This document shows, one piece after another, positions 1 to 12,374 of a stretch of DNA of 64,000 bases (position 1 is the first letter of the stretch; each line of letters starts with the position of its first letter). The notes under the pieces were generated by a model. It was not told the DNA's origin, did no database searches, and was given only the letters and a program-made list of their open reading frames with translations. Source of the DNA: Octopus vulgaris (Eukaryota); the NCBI GenBank assembly GCA_951406725.2, contig OX597817.1, positions 68,572,001 through 68,636,000 on the forward strand. The letters are read 5' to 3'. The position numbers were made by a program, and so were the translations under genes.

Positions 1-1639
1 TATATAAATATGCATGCGTATATGTATGTGTGTATGTATGTATGTATGCATGCGTATATGTATGTATGTTATCAGAGCGCATTTTCTTTTTACATTTTTA
101 TCTCTTACGTTTCTGTTTACATTGTGTTATTTTACTGCTCAATAATTATTTATATTTGTTACCATTTATTACAAGTTGATTTAATCAGTTACCATTGTGA
201 GTCAAGATCTACACGTCTCCTTGTTACCTATCACAATCCATCGCAGATGACGAATAAGTTATTCAGCCAATTTTGTAGAAAATGTCTGTGTGATAATGTA
301 ATTGTTATTGTTATTTAGACACTATTTAACTTCGATCAAACAGACCTCTGATCAAAGTAGTTTTGTTCCTGACAATCCTGCCTTTTATTCTGACAGAATA
401 TCTAAAACTACGGCATTATACAATGTATCCTTCATTTTTGGTAAGACAGCATAGCAGTGCTTCCAATTTGTGTATCTAATTTGTGTGAGATCAGATTATT
501 TTATCTCTGATTGTTCTTTTTCACATTTGAAGTTTAAAATTAAACATTGATTATATATTTTTGACTGCGTGGGCTAACTGTTGAACTAGAACCTGGATAC
601 ACTACATTTAATGGTTGTACGATGTTTAATGTAAAAAAAAAATTATGATTTTTGAGAAGTTTCTCTAATTCTAGTGTGTATATATATATATATGTGTGTG
701 TATATATGTGTGTGTGATATTTGTGCATATACAAATGTGTGTGTGTGTGTTATCAGAGCGCATTTTCTTTTTGCATTTATATCTCTTACGTGTAACCATA
801 CCTTTTAAAATGATTGGAAAAAATTACCGAACGGATGAGATTTAAAGCATTTTTAGCTGCTATTTTAGCAAAGTGCATTACTATGCTGACTTGGATGCTC
901 TGATAATGGTTCATGTTTAACCCTAAATCCCGATTGGGCAGATGGACCCAAGGTTAAAAGCATTCCAGTCATGATCATCTTGTCTTTTTTCTTCTTCTTC
1001 TTTAGATATCTAAGACTGCATTATCCAATTAGCGTTTTCTTTAAAACATTTGCGATAATTTGAGGAAGATTTAACTGCTATTTCTAGCAGACTGAGTGAC
1101 CACATTGAGGAAGATTCAGCAGCTGTTTCTAACACGCTGAATGACAGTTCTGAGGTTGAGTATTAATTTTCACAAATATATTCATCACTTCTCAAGCATC
1201 ACTCTTCCTCTTCGAAAGATCACACATTGAGTGGTATACACCGTTTGTGCTACGCTACGCCTGAAAACAAGAGGGTATGATGGCAGTTAGAATGTCTTTG
1301 ATCTGCTCGAATGCCAGCTCGATCAGTGTCCTAGGATTCAAAAACAACGTATGTTTCCACAAATGATGTTGATTAACCTTCTGAAATCGATGGGCGGTGG
1401 TGTGTGAAACATTTAAAATTTAATGGGTTGCCACATTAACCCCTTGACGCCGATATGTATTACTCGAAGCATGCGAGACACTGCTCCAGTTTTCGTATCT
1501 AATGAGGTCACACAAACAGACAAGTGCCAACGAGCTCGCGTCTATTTACGTTCACCGTTACAATAACATAGCGTCGTACATTTACGTCTACCGGTTTATG
1601 AAAACGAACTATGTGAAGCTATTTATCATAATACTAATA

Positions 1640-2010
1640 CTAGCAGTATCGCCCGGCGTTGCTCGGGTTTGTTTCGACCCTTTAGAATTGGAATTTTTGC
1701 AAAGTAAAAATTTTGAATTATGTAGCTTGTTATTCTCTTTAAGTTAACCTTTTCCTGGTTGAAATACACCAAAAAATAGCGACACAGCAGTCAAAAAATC
1801 ATAGGAAAAAAGCACCTTTTTGATGTAAATAACTTTTGGTCTTAACATGGTTCGATTTGAATCTTATCTGCAACGGAATGAAGAGCAAGCCTTCTTCTAT
1901 CATACTCTCAATTTTGGTCAATTTGCGCCTCAGGGTCCCGGTGGAGATAGTGTTAGTTGAAGGCTACCAAACCTGCCACACACAGACAACTTCAGCTTTA
2001 TATATATAGA
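1640..2010 (-). mobile_element. Non-autonomous Helitron
   Basis: On the minus strand it starts 5'-TC(TATATATATAAAGC) and ends in a subterminal hairpin CCCGAGCAACGCCGGG followed by CTAG-3'. It sits between A and T with no TSD, which are canonical Helitron termini. Confidence 0.85.
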
Positions 2011-2089
2011 TGATATGCACGAGTTATTCTGCTCAAGTTAAAAAAATAGCTTGCGTGTGGTACAACTCAAAACACAATATTATACACGT

Positions 2090-2905
2090 AAAGTATCTGC
2101 ACAGTCAAAAACAGTCAAAAAAGGCTAAAAGAGATTGTGACGGAAGAAAAGAGAAATAGGTGTGAAGCACCAACAGAAGCAGTAGTGAAAGAAGGCACAC
2201 AAGAAAAATAGCATTACAACAGGGAGAAAAAGGAAGCGTTCATAAAATTGGTTATGATGTTTCTGCACGCCCAAACAGACCAGGACGGGAGCCGAGGCAA
2301 GCAGAAGTGAAAAGGAAGAGATATAAGTGGCATTTGGTCACGTATTCCAAAAGTAAAGAAATAGAGAAAATGATTGTAAAATATAAATCGGTAATAAGAG
2401 TAAAGCTGCCGCCAGGAAAATACCCGGAATACACTAAAGGAATAGTCATAGATAAAGAGAGATTTTTGAAATTGAGAGAGATGTATGGACATTTCATAGA
2501 CTCGCTGGGGGTTGAATTCGAGTTTGACGAGCTCCCGCCGGTCGTGGAATTAGAAGATTTGAAACCCTTTATGAACATGTAAAAACAAGTAGGTAAAATT
2601 TGTACTTCATATAAAAAAGAGGAAACTAGACTGTTAAAATGTATAAAGAAAAAAGAAAAAAACGATACAAAAATCAAAAGACTAAGAAAAAGAACAAGCT
2701 AAAAACGAAAAAAAAAGAAGAAAAGACTATAAGAACGTTTAATTGTAAAAAAGAAATCACGGTTTCGTCTCGGAGCGGGACCGAGAAAACCGTCTCATAT
2801 TCATCGTAATTTAATTCATTGTAATTCCTTCTTTCATATGTTTTTTGTTCCCTCATATTTGTGTATGTCCTCTCTGTATTCAGGCCTTGTGCCTATAATA
2901 ATGAG
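2090..2905 (+). mobile_element. 5'-truncated retroelement: ORF C-terminus (stop at 2582), A-rich 3'UTR, hairpin and tail motif; no ORF2 seen
   Basis: Purine-rich coding-like stretch ending with ORF 2307-2582. Hairpin at 2759-2793 (ACGGTTT..TCTCGG-AGCGGGA-CCGAGA..AAACCGT). Tail TGTCCTCTCTGTATTCAGGCCTTGTG..AATAA at 2866-2901, a motif that recurs at other loci in the window. Confidence 0.45.
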
Positions 2906-3202
2906 AAAAGGTTGTTGTCACTCTTCTGCCTTCGGCTGCTGTTGCTTCGTGAGTTTATTTGGTCAATGTATTTTGTTGTTGTTGAATTATCTGTTGAAAT
3001 TGTTACGTTTGAACTCCTGTTGGAATTAAACTGTTGTTGTCATTTTGGCGAAAGTTTTCGCTCTACGGGGTAAAAATTGTTTTCTGCATAACTTATTGGA
3101 CTGTTTTTTGTGATTTCTTTTATCCGTTGCAGGATAAAAATTTTATTTTTGTCATTTTTTATATAAATATTCACGATTTTTTCTGGAATTCGGAGGCCAT
3201 TT

Positions 3203-4760
3203 GTGAAAATGGAATTAAGTCTTTTGTCGAATATCGACTTTCTGTTCTCAATGGAGGACTTCCCGGTAATGAAAGAAAGTAACCAAGTTGGTAACCAGGA
3301 AGGAAAGGAAAAGCCAAGTTTCTCTGCTGCTGTCGGTGGCAATTTCTGTGAATTGGAGGTGCCTAAGGAACAATCATTTAAGTTTCGAAACCTTATAAAG
3401 AAAAGTGGCAACGAAATAAAACTTCTGCCACCACAGAATATGATGCAAAACTTAACTGCCAGAACGATAGTATACAAAATATACAACCGTAAATAAAAAA
3501 AGAATTATGTCAGTGAAGAACGAGGTGGTAGAGAAGTACTTCGCCCCCATATGGGGAAAAATTACCTATGTCGGTCGAGGACCAACAAGCGCCACTGCTG
3601 AGGCGCGATGCGAGAATGCTGAAACAGCAAAAGAAATATCGACGCAAACTTTAAAAAGTGATGAAATAATGCTGCTCCTAACCTACCTAGGCCGGAGAAC
3701 TGCAAAAATAGCAATAGAGGAGATACCAGCTGGTTACGATGTAACGTGGATGGCAGCGGCCGTAATTTACGACGCAGAATAAGAAATGACAATACTCCAA
3801 ATGAAAAAGCGAGAGGCTCTAAATTGGAAAGGCCAAACTCTGGAGATGGTAGTTCAAGCCCCAAAAGACGTACTTGAATCGAAGTCAGACCGCATTTTGA
3901 TAGGGGAGAGACTGAGTGCTAGAGTTTCAGTCGAGAGACGTAGACCCATATGTTTTAAATGTGGAGAAAAAGGGCACGTCCATTCGGAGTGCGAAAAAAT
4001 TATAAAAACAACTGAGAAATGCTGAAGTCCCTCCACAAAAAAGAAAATAATAAAAAAAAAGCGGCGAAAAACGCCACAGAAACAGTCACAGGAAAAGCAG
4101 AAGAAACGAACAATACAAATATAGAAAACACACAACAGAATAGCGTAGAGGAAATGGGGATCTTTTCGGTTTGAACGACAGTTTTTTCTAGCGGTGTCAT
4201 ATGAAATTGTCACCCATAATTATGACCCTAGAATCGATCTATTGCATTTCAATCTCTTTTAGGGTTAGGGATGGGGAGGGGTATCTTTTTTTCTTCACAA
4301 ATGTAAATAAACCCAATCTGTTTCTTAAACGAGGGACATATTCATACGGCACAGAATGCTTTTTACCTCAATAGACGTCACTGATTGGTTGAAATTGCAG
4401 AAATTGAAGAAAAAAAACAACAAATATCTTACAAACTATAGAATTTTCTCAATAAAGCCAAGAGAAAAAAGATGTTTTATAAACACATTCTACCAGTATA
4501 CGAAGTTTAAAATTTTTTAGTTACCTAGAAATTATGTTAAAAACTGCCGTTCAAACCGAAAAGATCCGGAAATGGAATTTACCACAGTGACTTCACATAA
4601 AAGGAAAAAAGCCCAAGCCCCAGACACCCCTCCCCTGACAAAGAAATCATCTACTCAAAACACAAACACACAGAAAAAACTCCCCAATCCACTCCCAAGT
4701 CGAAACCCGCTACCAACTCCCTCCCTAAAAAAGCACTAGGAGAAATAATTGTTAAGCTCA
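3203..4760 (+). pseudogene. L1/Tx1-like ORF1 (gag-like) remnant with CCHC zinc knuckle, interrupted by a MITE
   Basis: ORFs 3203-3496, 3507-3782 and 3786-4025 join into one decayed protein: SFSAAV motif, RRM-like middle, knuckle CFKCGEKGHVHSEC. After removing the MITE at 4158-4567 it continues as a basic/Pro-rich tail (EEMEFTTVTSHKRKKAQ). Confidence 0.75.
4158..4567. mobile_element. MITE with ~28-bp TIRs and 8-bp TSD (GG termini; Merlin- or hAT-like, superfamily uncertain)
   Basis: TIRs GGATCTTTTCGGTTTGAACGACAGTTTT / AAAACTGCCGTTCAAACCGAAAAGATCC. Exact TSD GGAAATGG at 4150-4157 and 4568-4575. Internal TTAGGGTTAGGG. Confidence 0.9.
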
Positions 4761-4820
4761 ACGAGAAAAATGACGTTCTAACGAAAATAATAAGTTCGCA
4801 TCAAAAAGCATATGTATTTC

Positions 4821-5028
4821 GACGAGCTGGCAGAATCGTTAGAATGCCGGGCAAAATGCTTAGCTACATTTCGTCCGACTTTACATCCTAAATTCAAATT
4901 CCGCCGAGGTCGACTTTGCCTTAAATGCTTTCGAGGTCGATGAAAAAAGTACCAGTTGAGAACTAGTGTAGATGTAATCGATTTATTCTCTCTTCCGAAC
5001 TTGCTAGCCTTGTACCAACATTTTAAAT
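4821..5028 (+). mobile_element. SINE family A (tRNA-like head GAGCTGGCAGAATCGTTAG; body TTCAAATTCCGCCGAGGTCGACTTTGCC)
   Basis: Matches many other copies in the window. Confidence 0.85.
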
Positions 5029-5574
5029 CATTATTACCAACACAGCTGTTGAGAGAAGCATGCTCTAAAGATATGCACAAGTCTCGTTTGCAAACTAACT
5101 TCATTTACCATTTCTAATCAATGCATATTCATTGACTGTAATATGAAAAATGCAACAAGCATGAATATCACAAAATCCTGTTCCACTTCTTCCCAGCAGA
5201 TCTTAATATGTTTAACATATAAAACCTCATTCTATCAATCGAAGCTACCAATTAACTATTTTGCAGACCAACATATCTGCCACAAACATTTCTAGAATAC
5301 CGTTTTGCCTATTTACTATCAGACTTGACATATCTGCGCAGGCACTTTCTCTCCCACTACCTTTACTTCCAGTTTCCTTCTTCTTCTTCTCCCTTCTTGA
5401 TTTGGTTACCTGCAACCATTTTCTATCTCTCTATCTCTTCTTTCCAGTTCCAGTTACTTACTTTCCCCATCGTCCACTTCATACTCCAAACATCTGAACG
5501 TGTTTTATCACTTTTTCCCGCAGTCCTCAGTCTCTCATATTATTTTATTCCATTTACCATTTGTCAACTAAGCG

Positions 5575-5753
5575 ACGTTGGCGTAGCTAGAGCGTATGTC
5601 GCCCTGGGTAGCCCTTGAGGTTTTCCGCATCCTCCTCCTCCATACCCTTAGGCCTACACAAGTTTATGCAGCAGACCCAGAATCACCGCCTCCATAAAAG
5701 CGTCGCCCGGAGCGGACCGCCTCTTTAACCCCCGCCTCTAAGCTATCATACTG
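5575..5753. mobile_element. Degenerate MITE with TGGCGTAGCTAG-type TIR
   Basis: 5' TTGGCGTAGCTAGAG versus 3' CTCTAAGCTATCATACTG, with internal GTCGCCC subterminal motifs. TIRs are decayed. Confidence 0.4.
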
Positions 5754-6718
5754 TAAAAACCTACACACCTCAAGGCATCTGAACTTTATGAACTCTACTA
5801 ATTGTTGCAGAAGCCGTCAGATTAACATCAAATTACCTTGGATTCTGCATTTTACATTATCTTGTGTGTGGTGGGGTGCGAGTGCGCGCTCAGTGTGTAG
5901 TGTAGTGTTCGTGTTAAGTTTGTTAAACTAAAGTCATAACAAACATTTAATAATGATACCACTTAATACATTTAGATGCATGCGTGCGCGCGTGCAACAG
6001 AGACGGAAAGGGAGAGAAAGAAGGGAGGAGAGAGAGAAATAGAGAGAATGATGGAGAAGGATGGAGAAAGGGAGAGAGACAGAGAAAGAGTTTTCATGTT
6101 TTCATGTCAAGCAAAACAGAAACAGTTTTTGAGATCTTGGTGGGAATGTTTAGATAAAGACTAGCATTTGAGTACACACATATACGCATAAACACAGACA
6201 GAGAGACAGGCAAACATGCACACTCTCACGCACACATACACACGCACACACACACACATGCACACCTACACACACAAGCACATGCATGCATACACACATA
6301 CATATATACATAAGCACATACACGACGATATATAGATAGATATGTAAATAAATCGATAGAGATATATAGACATATATGTAGATAACTGCATGCATATAAG
6401 GATGTGTGTGTGTGTATGTGTGTGTCGTTGCAACGTCTTAATCGGTTCCAAAATACATTTAGACAAAAGGCAAAGCAATACAGCGAAGAAAATAACAAAA
6501 AAAAAAGAAGAAAAATATCTAAAATATATATCTACACCGAAACAATATAAGAATTGATATATTTACACAAGTAGTAACTTAGTTAAGTACCTAAGGAAAT
6601 AAATAAATGAAAAATAAATATGTCAATAGACATTGCCGTTAATGAGCTAGTAATAAAGATAATGCATTTTGTGGTTATTATTATTGTTGATCTTGTTGCT
6701 GTTACGAGTACAATTGCT

Positions 6719-6721
<3 letters not shown>

Positions 6722-6769
<48 letters not shown>

Positions 6770-6827
6770 TATATTATATTATATTATATTATATTATATT
6801 ATATTATATTATATTATATATATATAA
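6722..6827. repeat. (TA)n / (TATAT)n microsatellite
   Basis: Direct inspection. Confidence 0.95.
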
Positions 6828-7654
6828 TCTTTTACTTTGTATTACTGCTTCCATAACTACATAATATTTACTTAAACCTTGTAAAAACTAATATCTATTG
6901 ATGAGCTTATACTAAATTAATTACGAAATCGAACTTTCGCTTTCTCTTTAATACTCTACACCGCCTTCCCTTGCTCTTAATTATTCTCGCTATACACATA
7001 TGTCAGTTATATGATTTATATAACTCCAGTAATTAATTATAAATACTATAACTTCGTATATTCATCAATTAACATTGGATATACGAAATAAAACGAAGAA
7101 CCAAAGAAACAAATTCATTTATTTATTAAGCCGGAAGGAAGTTGGCTCGATATCTTTTGTTAACAATGATTATATAATAAAGAAGCAGAGAAATGAAAAC
7201 ATAATGGTAGCAGTATAGTGGTGGTGGTGGTGGTGGTGGCGATGGTATTAGCAGTATTTATTTTTGTTCTTTATTCTCAAACACAAATATGATAAACACT
7301 AACTTACGCTTTATCAAAGCTGTTCCAGCTGTGACTACCTCGACAAATATTTTTTAGATTTTTTTTTTCAGATTATGTATTCAAACCTACACTGTCTAAA
7401 GAGCCTTACCATGGCAGAGTATGATTTGAGGACAATTTGGCTGCTATTTCTGGAAGGTCAAGCAATACTATATGAGACATTCGACTGTCGGACATTAATG
7501 TAGCAGCAGCAGCAGCGGTGGTGGCGTCGGCTCTCTGCCAACGACCGAACAAATACATCAGTGGAAGCATTTCAACCATGACCAATTCACATTTTCCGGT
7601 GAGAGCGGGTTATCACGAATTACACTGTGTATATCCTTTTTCCAGCCTCTTCCA

Positions 7655-7900
7655 ATAGTCGTCCCTTGTCGTGGTGGAAAAGCTTGTGTGTTCCAATGAT
7701 TCTGAGAGTGACACTGGAGCCTTAGACTACTGGTAGGGCCACCCATGACGGCAAAGTCGAGTATGAGGGTCCCAGACTAAACACGACCAAACCCCAACAT
7801 CAAGACCCCAATGACGGAGCAAGTAGAGGAGGGCTATCTCAAGCCCTCAAGGATTGACTCCGGTGGAAGAGGGTAACGCCTGGCGGGCAGGCATGGTAAA
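7655..7900 (+). mobile_element. RTE-clade LINE 5' end fragment
   Basis: CCTTGTCGTGGTGG..GCTTGTGTGTTCCAATGATTCTGAGAG..GGTAGGGCCACCCATGACGG..CCAGACTAA resembles, from memory, the 5' ends of BovB/Expander-type RTE elements. No ORF follows. Confidence 0.6.
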
Positions 7901-8649
7901 GGCCTCCTTACATCATTTTTCATGAGGTCGAGCGTCCATCATCATTACGATATAACCCATATTTTCAACGAATATGTGTTATATCATGTATATTCCGAAT
8001 ATACAACTTCTTAGAGGAAAGTGCTTTAGGAGGAGGTGGGGGCGGATTTTCAGAAAATTCATCCGAATCCACTTCAATTCGTCTTAACTTTCAGGAAAAT
8101 GGATATTTTTTAATGAGATTGTCTATAAATATACCCCGGACTATGTTCATTCCGAGCGTATAGGATGTTTGGGGAAAACAATTGGGGGTTATTTTTGAGA
8201 ACTGTTCCCCACTCAGGAGTGTTTCGGAACAAGTCGTCCATATTTGTTTCATTTTCTCCGTTTTGTACATTTGTGCATCTGTATATAACCCTTAACCCTA
8301 GCCATAACATTTCGAGAAAATATTGAAAAGTGAATGAGATGGGGTATATTCGTAGAAAATATAATTAAAATATATTAATTTTTCTGTAAGTTATGAACAT
8401 CCAAAGTAAGGGAGGCAGAAATCTGTAGTTATGCCGCCGGGGAAGAATATAATAAGTGAAAGTACCTTTAGAAATTCTTTTTATCTGAAATCTTCACAAC
8501 TAAATATCAAGTGTTAATATAAGGCTACTTGTTCCAAAATGTCCGAAATATATATTGGAAAATCAAGAAAAAGGCGTTTATCTCCGTATTAAAATTTTTA
8601 TCTCATATGAAAGTACCTTTTGAAATTCTTTATCAGAAATCGTCACAAC

Positions 8650-9188
8650 TGTAATGATGTATACGTACATGTGTGTGCAAATAGCTGGTCAGGACGCCGA
8701 ATAAAGGAAGTTCTGACTTAGTTACTACGTCTGGACGCCAAACACAGGAACTTCAGAAAAAGACTTGAAGAAGTGAATGTTTATATATAAAGCAATATGG
8801 TTAGCCATATTGAGATGGCTAGTATACTTTACGTTGTCGAGCGGTTACTGTTTACATCTCGTTCAGAGATTTATTATTGCTTGCAGACAGTTTTTTGAAA
8901 TCAGTGACGGAAGTTACTGGGAAAAACATTATATAGATATTTGCAAACAGGTCCCCTAATCGAAAATCGGTGATTGCCGTACGTTGACAAGAGGCAAATA
9001 CCTCGAAACTGCAGTCCGTGCGTATCACTTAGGTTTACGAGAAAGGGATGACCTCCCTTTGTAAATACCATAAGGGCACAGAAAGTGTGCCTAAAGCCAG
9101 CTGGAGACGATGATCTCCTGGGGCTAAAAGCTACAGTAACACCCACCCTTAGTGGTTAGCCATATTGAGATGGCTAGTATACTTTACG
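8650..9188 (-). mobile_element. LTR retrotransposon remnant: 3' LTR (8650-9141) with upstream polypurine tract
   Basis: Minus strand reads AAGGGTGGG (PPT-like) followed by TGTTAC....ATTACA (TG..CA ends, ~490 bp). A 36-bp exact repeat lies both inside the LTR (8798-8833) and just upstream of the PPT (9153-9188). Confidence 0.55.
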
Positions 9189-9421
9189 CAATATTATTTA
9201 TTTTTACTAAAAATAAATAAATAAATCAAGAACATAGTCTTTCCAAGATCAAATTATTCAAGTACCCCAAGTATGGTACAGATTGGTCCAGAAGTTTGAG
9301 CGTGCATTGAGGTTACACACAGAGACAGGATAGTTTATATATTACGATTGATCATTCAACACGCATGGAAACAAGTTTTTTAACTACTCGTCTCCCTCTC
9401 TCTATCTCTCTCGCTCTCTCT

Positions 9422-9441
9422 GTATATATATATATATATAT

Positions 9442-9500
<59 letters not shown>

Positions 9501-9522
9501 TGTGTCTGTGTGTGTATGTGTG
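9422..9522. repeat. (TA)n(TG)n microsatellite
   Basis: Direct inspection. Confidence 0.95.
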
Positions 9523-9750
9523 TGGTGTGTATTTGGATATTTTTATTAATATTTAGCAGAACTAACAGAGCGACTCAAGGTTCGAGAGTTTCGCTCATTG
9601 GCACCGTGAGTCACTCTGTTACTTCTGCTAAATATTAATAAAATATACATATAATCATATTATGAATTGTACTTTTCCTCTTTGCACCAACATACATGTA
9701 TGTATGTATGTATGTATGTATGTATGTATGTATGTATGTATGTATATATG

Positions 9751-9782
<32 letters not shown>

Positions 9783-10159
9783 GGCGTAGGAGTGGCTGTG
9801 TGATAAGTAGCTTGCTTACCGACCACATGGTTCCGGGGTCAGTCCCACTGCGTGGAACCTTGGGCAAGTGTCTTCTACTTTAGCCACGGAGCGACCAAAG
9901 CCTTGTTAGGGAATCTGGTAGACGGAAACTGAAAGAGACCCGTCGTATATATGTATGTGTGTATGTGTTTGTGTTTGTCCCCTACCACCATCGCTTGACA
10001 ACCGATGATGGTGTGTTTACGTCCCTGTAACTTAGCGGTTTGGCAAAAGAGACCGATAGAATAAATACTAGGCTTACAAAGAATAAGTCGATTTGATCGA
10101 CTAAAGGCGGTGCTCCAGCATGGCCACAGTCACATAGCTGAAACAAGTAAAAAAGAGTA
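9783..10159 (+). mobile_element. SINE family B, near full length (tRNA-like head GGCGTAGGAGTGGCTGTGTG..GGTTCCGGGGTCAGTCCC; CCTTGGGCAAGT; internal (TG)n; tail GCTCCAGCATGGCC..CTGAAACAAG)
   Basis: Pol III A/B-box-like head; more than 10 homologous copies in the window. Confidence 0.9.
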
Positions 10160-10213
10160 TGTATATATATATATACATATATATGTGTGTGTGTGTGTAT
10201 GGGGGATCTATAC

Positions 10214-10278
<65 letters not shown>

Positions 10279-11030
10279 CAACTAAAAACCCTTGAGAGTA
10301 GTGCTCCAGTATGGCTGGGTTCCAATGGCTGAAACCAGTAGAAGAATAGAAGAGTATATATAGTGCTAAGATATGTAGAAGTATATTACACTCTCGTTCT
10401 GACATTTGAAGAAAAATATATATCCTGAGGAAATTCTTGGACAACTTCAAATAAGTTTTATTCTTTGTAACCTCAGAGAAAATGGAAAAATTAAATTTAG
10501 TTCTGGAGAAACTTGGAAGAGAAACACTCGACGTATCAACTGAAAGCCATGTACAAGTTAAAAGATAATTGCCTTGACATGAAAAATAGATTCTGCCGAA
10601 AGATATAGTTACGTATTATGTCTTGGGATATCTCTCTTTATTTCTCCAGTTCTTGATTCGGGTAGCTCCAAGTTACTGGGATGGAAAAATGCCAGTTTTT
10701 CCAAAGATATTTCAGGATTGTTAGGTTATTTATTAAATCTTGCTATCGTATTTTAAGGTGAGTGTTTCATAATCACAATGTGAGAAATATCACGAGAATT
10801 TCTGTTTGAGTTATTTTATTCATTCAAACTAAACAACAAAACAACTACTGCTGTTGCTGCTGCTGTTTTTGTTGCTGCTGCTATTTTTGTTGTTACTGCT
10901 GCTCCCATGATTGTTGTTGTTGAGCAGGTAAACCCACTTTCAAAAGAGTTCCAAACTACGACCATCCAGTCTTATTTTTCCGATAAAGTATCCAGGACAA
11001 CGCAGTTCAACGTTATCCTTCCTTTTTTAA

Positions 11031-11252
11031 TCCTTTACAATCCACGAATATGCTTTAGCGGGGATAGTTTCATTTTACTATACTTGTGAAAAGGGCAAAA
11101 TCTAGTGGCGGCACAATCTTGTGGTTAAGGCTTTCTAATTGGCAGAAACATCAATATTTTCAGCCGTAAACGCTAAATTGCGCATTTAAGTCTTCCGGGA
11201 GTATAATCAAACGAAATCGTTCCCGCTAAAGCGTATTCGTGGGGTCAAAGGG
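11031..11252. mobile_element. piggyBac-like MITE with long imperfect TIRs
   Basis: TTAA flanks at 11027-11030 and 11253-11256. About 55-bp inverted arms (CCACGAATATGCTTTAGCGGG / CCCGCTAAAGCGTATTCGTGG). Confidence 0.7.
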
Positions 11253-12374
11253 TTAAAGAAAGTGAAATATTGCTTAAGGGGAATTCGTTATTTGCATTCG
11301 ATCGGTGTGAGGAGTGATCGTCACAATTCTATGTTTGTTTAAAAGATCGATAGTTTTGGTATGACTATTGATTCAGAGATTATTTTACTGAAAAATAATA
11401 ACAAAAGACTTATGCAAAATTCTATTGCTTTATTTCCTTCTCTTTCTATTCCAAATCATGCTATTCGTTATTTTTCATATACAGTTACACTCTCAAATGA
11501 AAAAGCGAGAGAAAGAGTTCAGTATAGTTTCTGTGCACGCAATGTTTCACATAGAGTTCTTCTTCAGGCTAAAGATGACAGAAGAGAGATAAAAAAAAAT
11601 GCACAGCAGAATTTTACATCCTCTTTTTTTTTTTTTTGAGAAACTGGCTGTAATTAATGGGGAACGCAAGACAGCATATACATCTACCTCACCAATTTGT
11701 TCCTATTCTTCTTTGCATGTTTCTCTCTTCCTATCTCGCCTCGCTTATTTCTTCTACTACTTCATCATTACGCCTGCAAAATCACGTTGTCTTGCGTTTC
11801 CTATCCGTTGCAGCCAATTTTTTTTTTATTATTATAAAGCATGTAAAGCGTTACTGTACTTCATTTATTTCCCTCTTGTCATTTTCAGTTTGATGACGGA
11901 TTCTTTCCAAAACGTTGGATTTTCACTCCCCGCACCAATTCCACCATACTATTTCCGTCGCTTTTCCAAATAATACAAGGCTTGCTAACATAGATCGCCA
12001 TCAATATTTTTCAATTATGTTTTGTATGCTGTACTACTCTATATTACAAACTCACGTTGTGATGTCTTAAGAAAGAAGTTGATGTATATTTTTGAATACA
12101 TACATAACAATACAAACCATAGCATTTTTACAGAAAATATAATGCATTGTAAACGAGACTGAGATATGCAATTAGATTTATGGTGCTAGATTTATTAAAG
12201 GTTGTATTAAATGTTAACTTAATCATACTAAAATATAATTAAATCCTATGAAAATTGTGATATTTTAAATCTATGCAATTTATACGCAAACATACCTGTA
12301 TATATACTCTCGTACATAATTGTGCATTTTGATATAATACACACACACTGTCACTCACACAAACATATATAGTT

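Noticed and set aside
830-1150. Old dispersed repeat GATTT..CTGCTATTTCTAGCAG (also ~7420, ~59620 and reverse-strand copies near 38470 and 60450-60700)
   Set aside because: Clearly repetitive, but boundaries and class could not be defined, so not listed as a feature.
5860-5940. Possible core promoter (GC-richer GTGCGAGTGCGCGCTCAGTGTG with Inr-like TCAGT)
   Set aside because: Motif too short, with no supporting exon structure.
8420-9350. Third Helitron surrounding the LTR
   Set aside because: The 9300-9348 end resembles a Helitron 5' terminus on the minus strand, but no CTAG/hairpin 3' end could be located.
11650-11990. Possible non-LTR retroelement C-terminal remnant on the minus strand
   Set aside because: Only a vague FCRRNDE match to a CCHC/RLE region; too degenerate to call.
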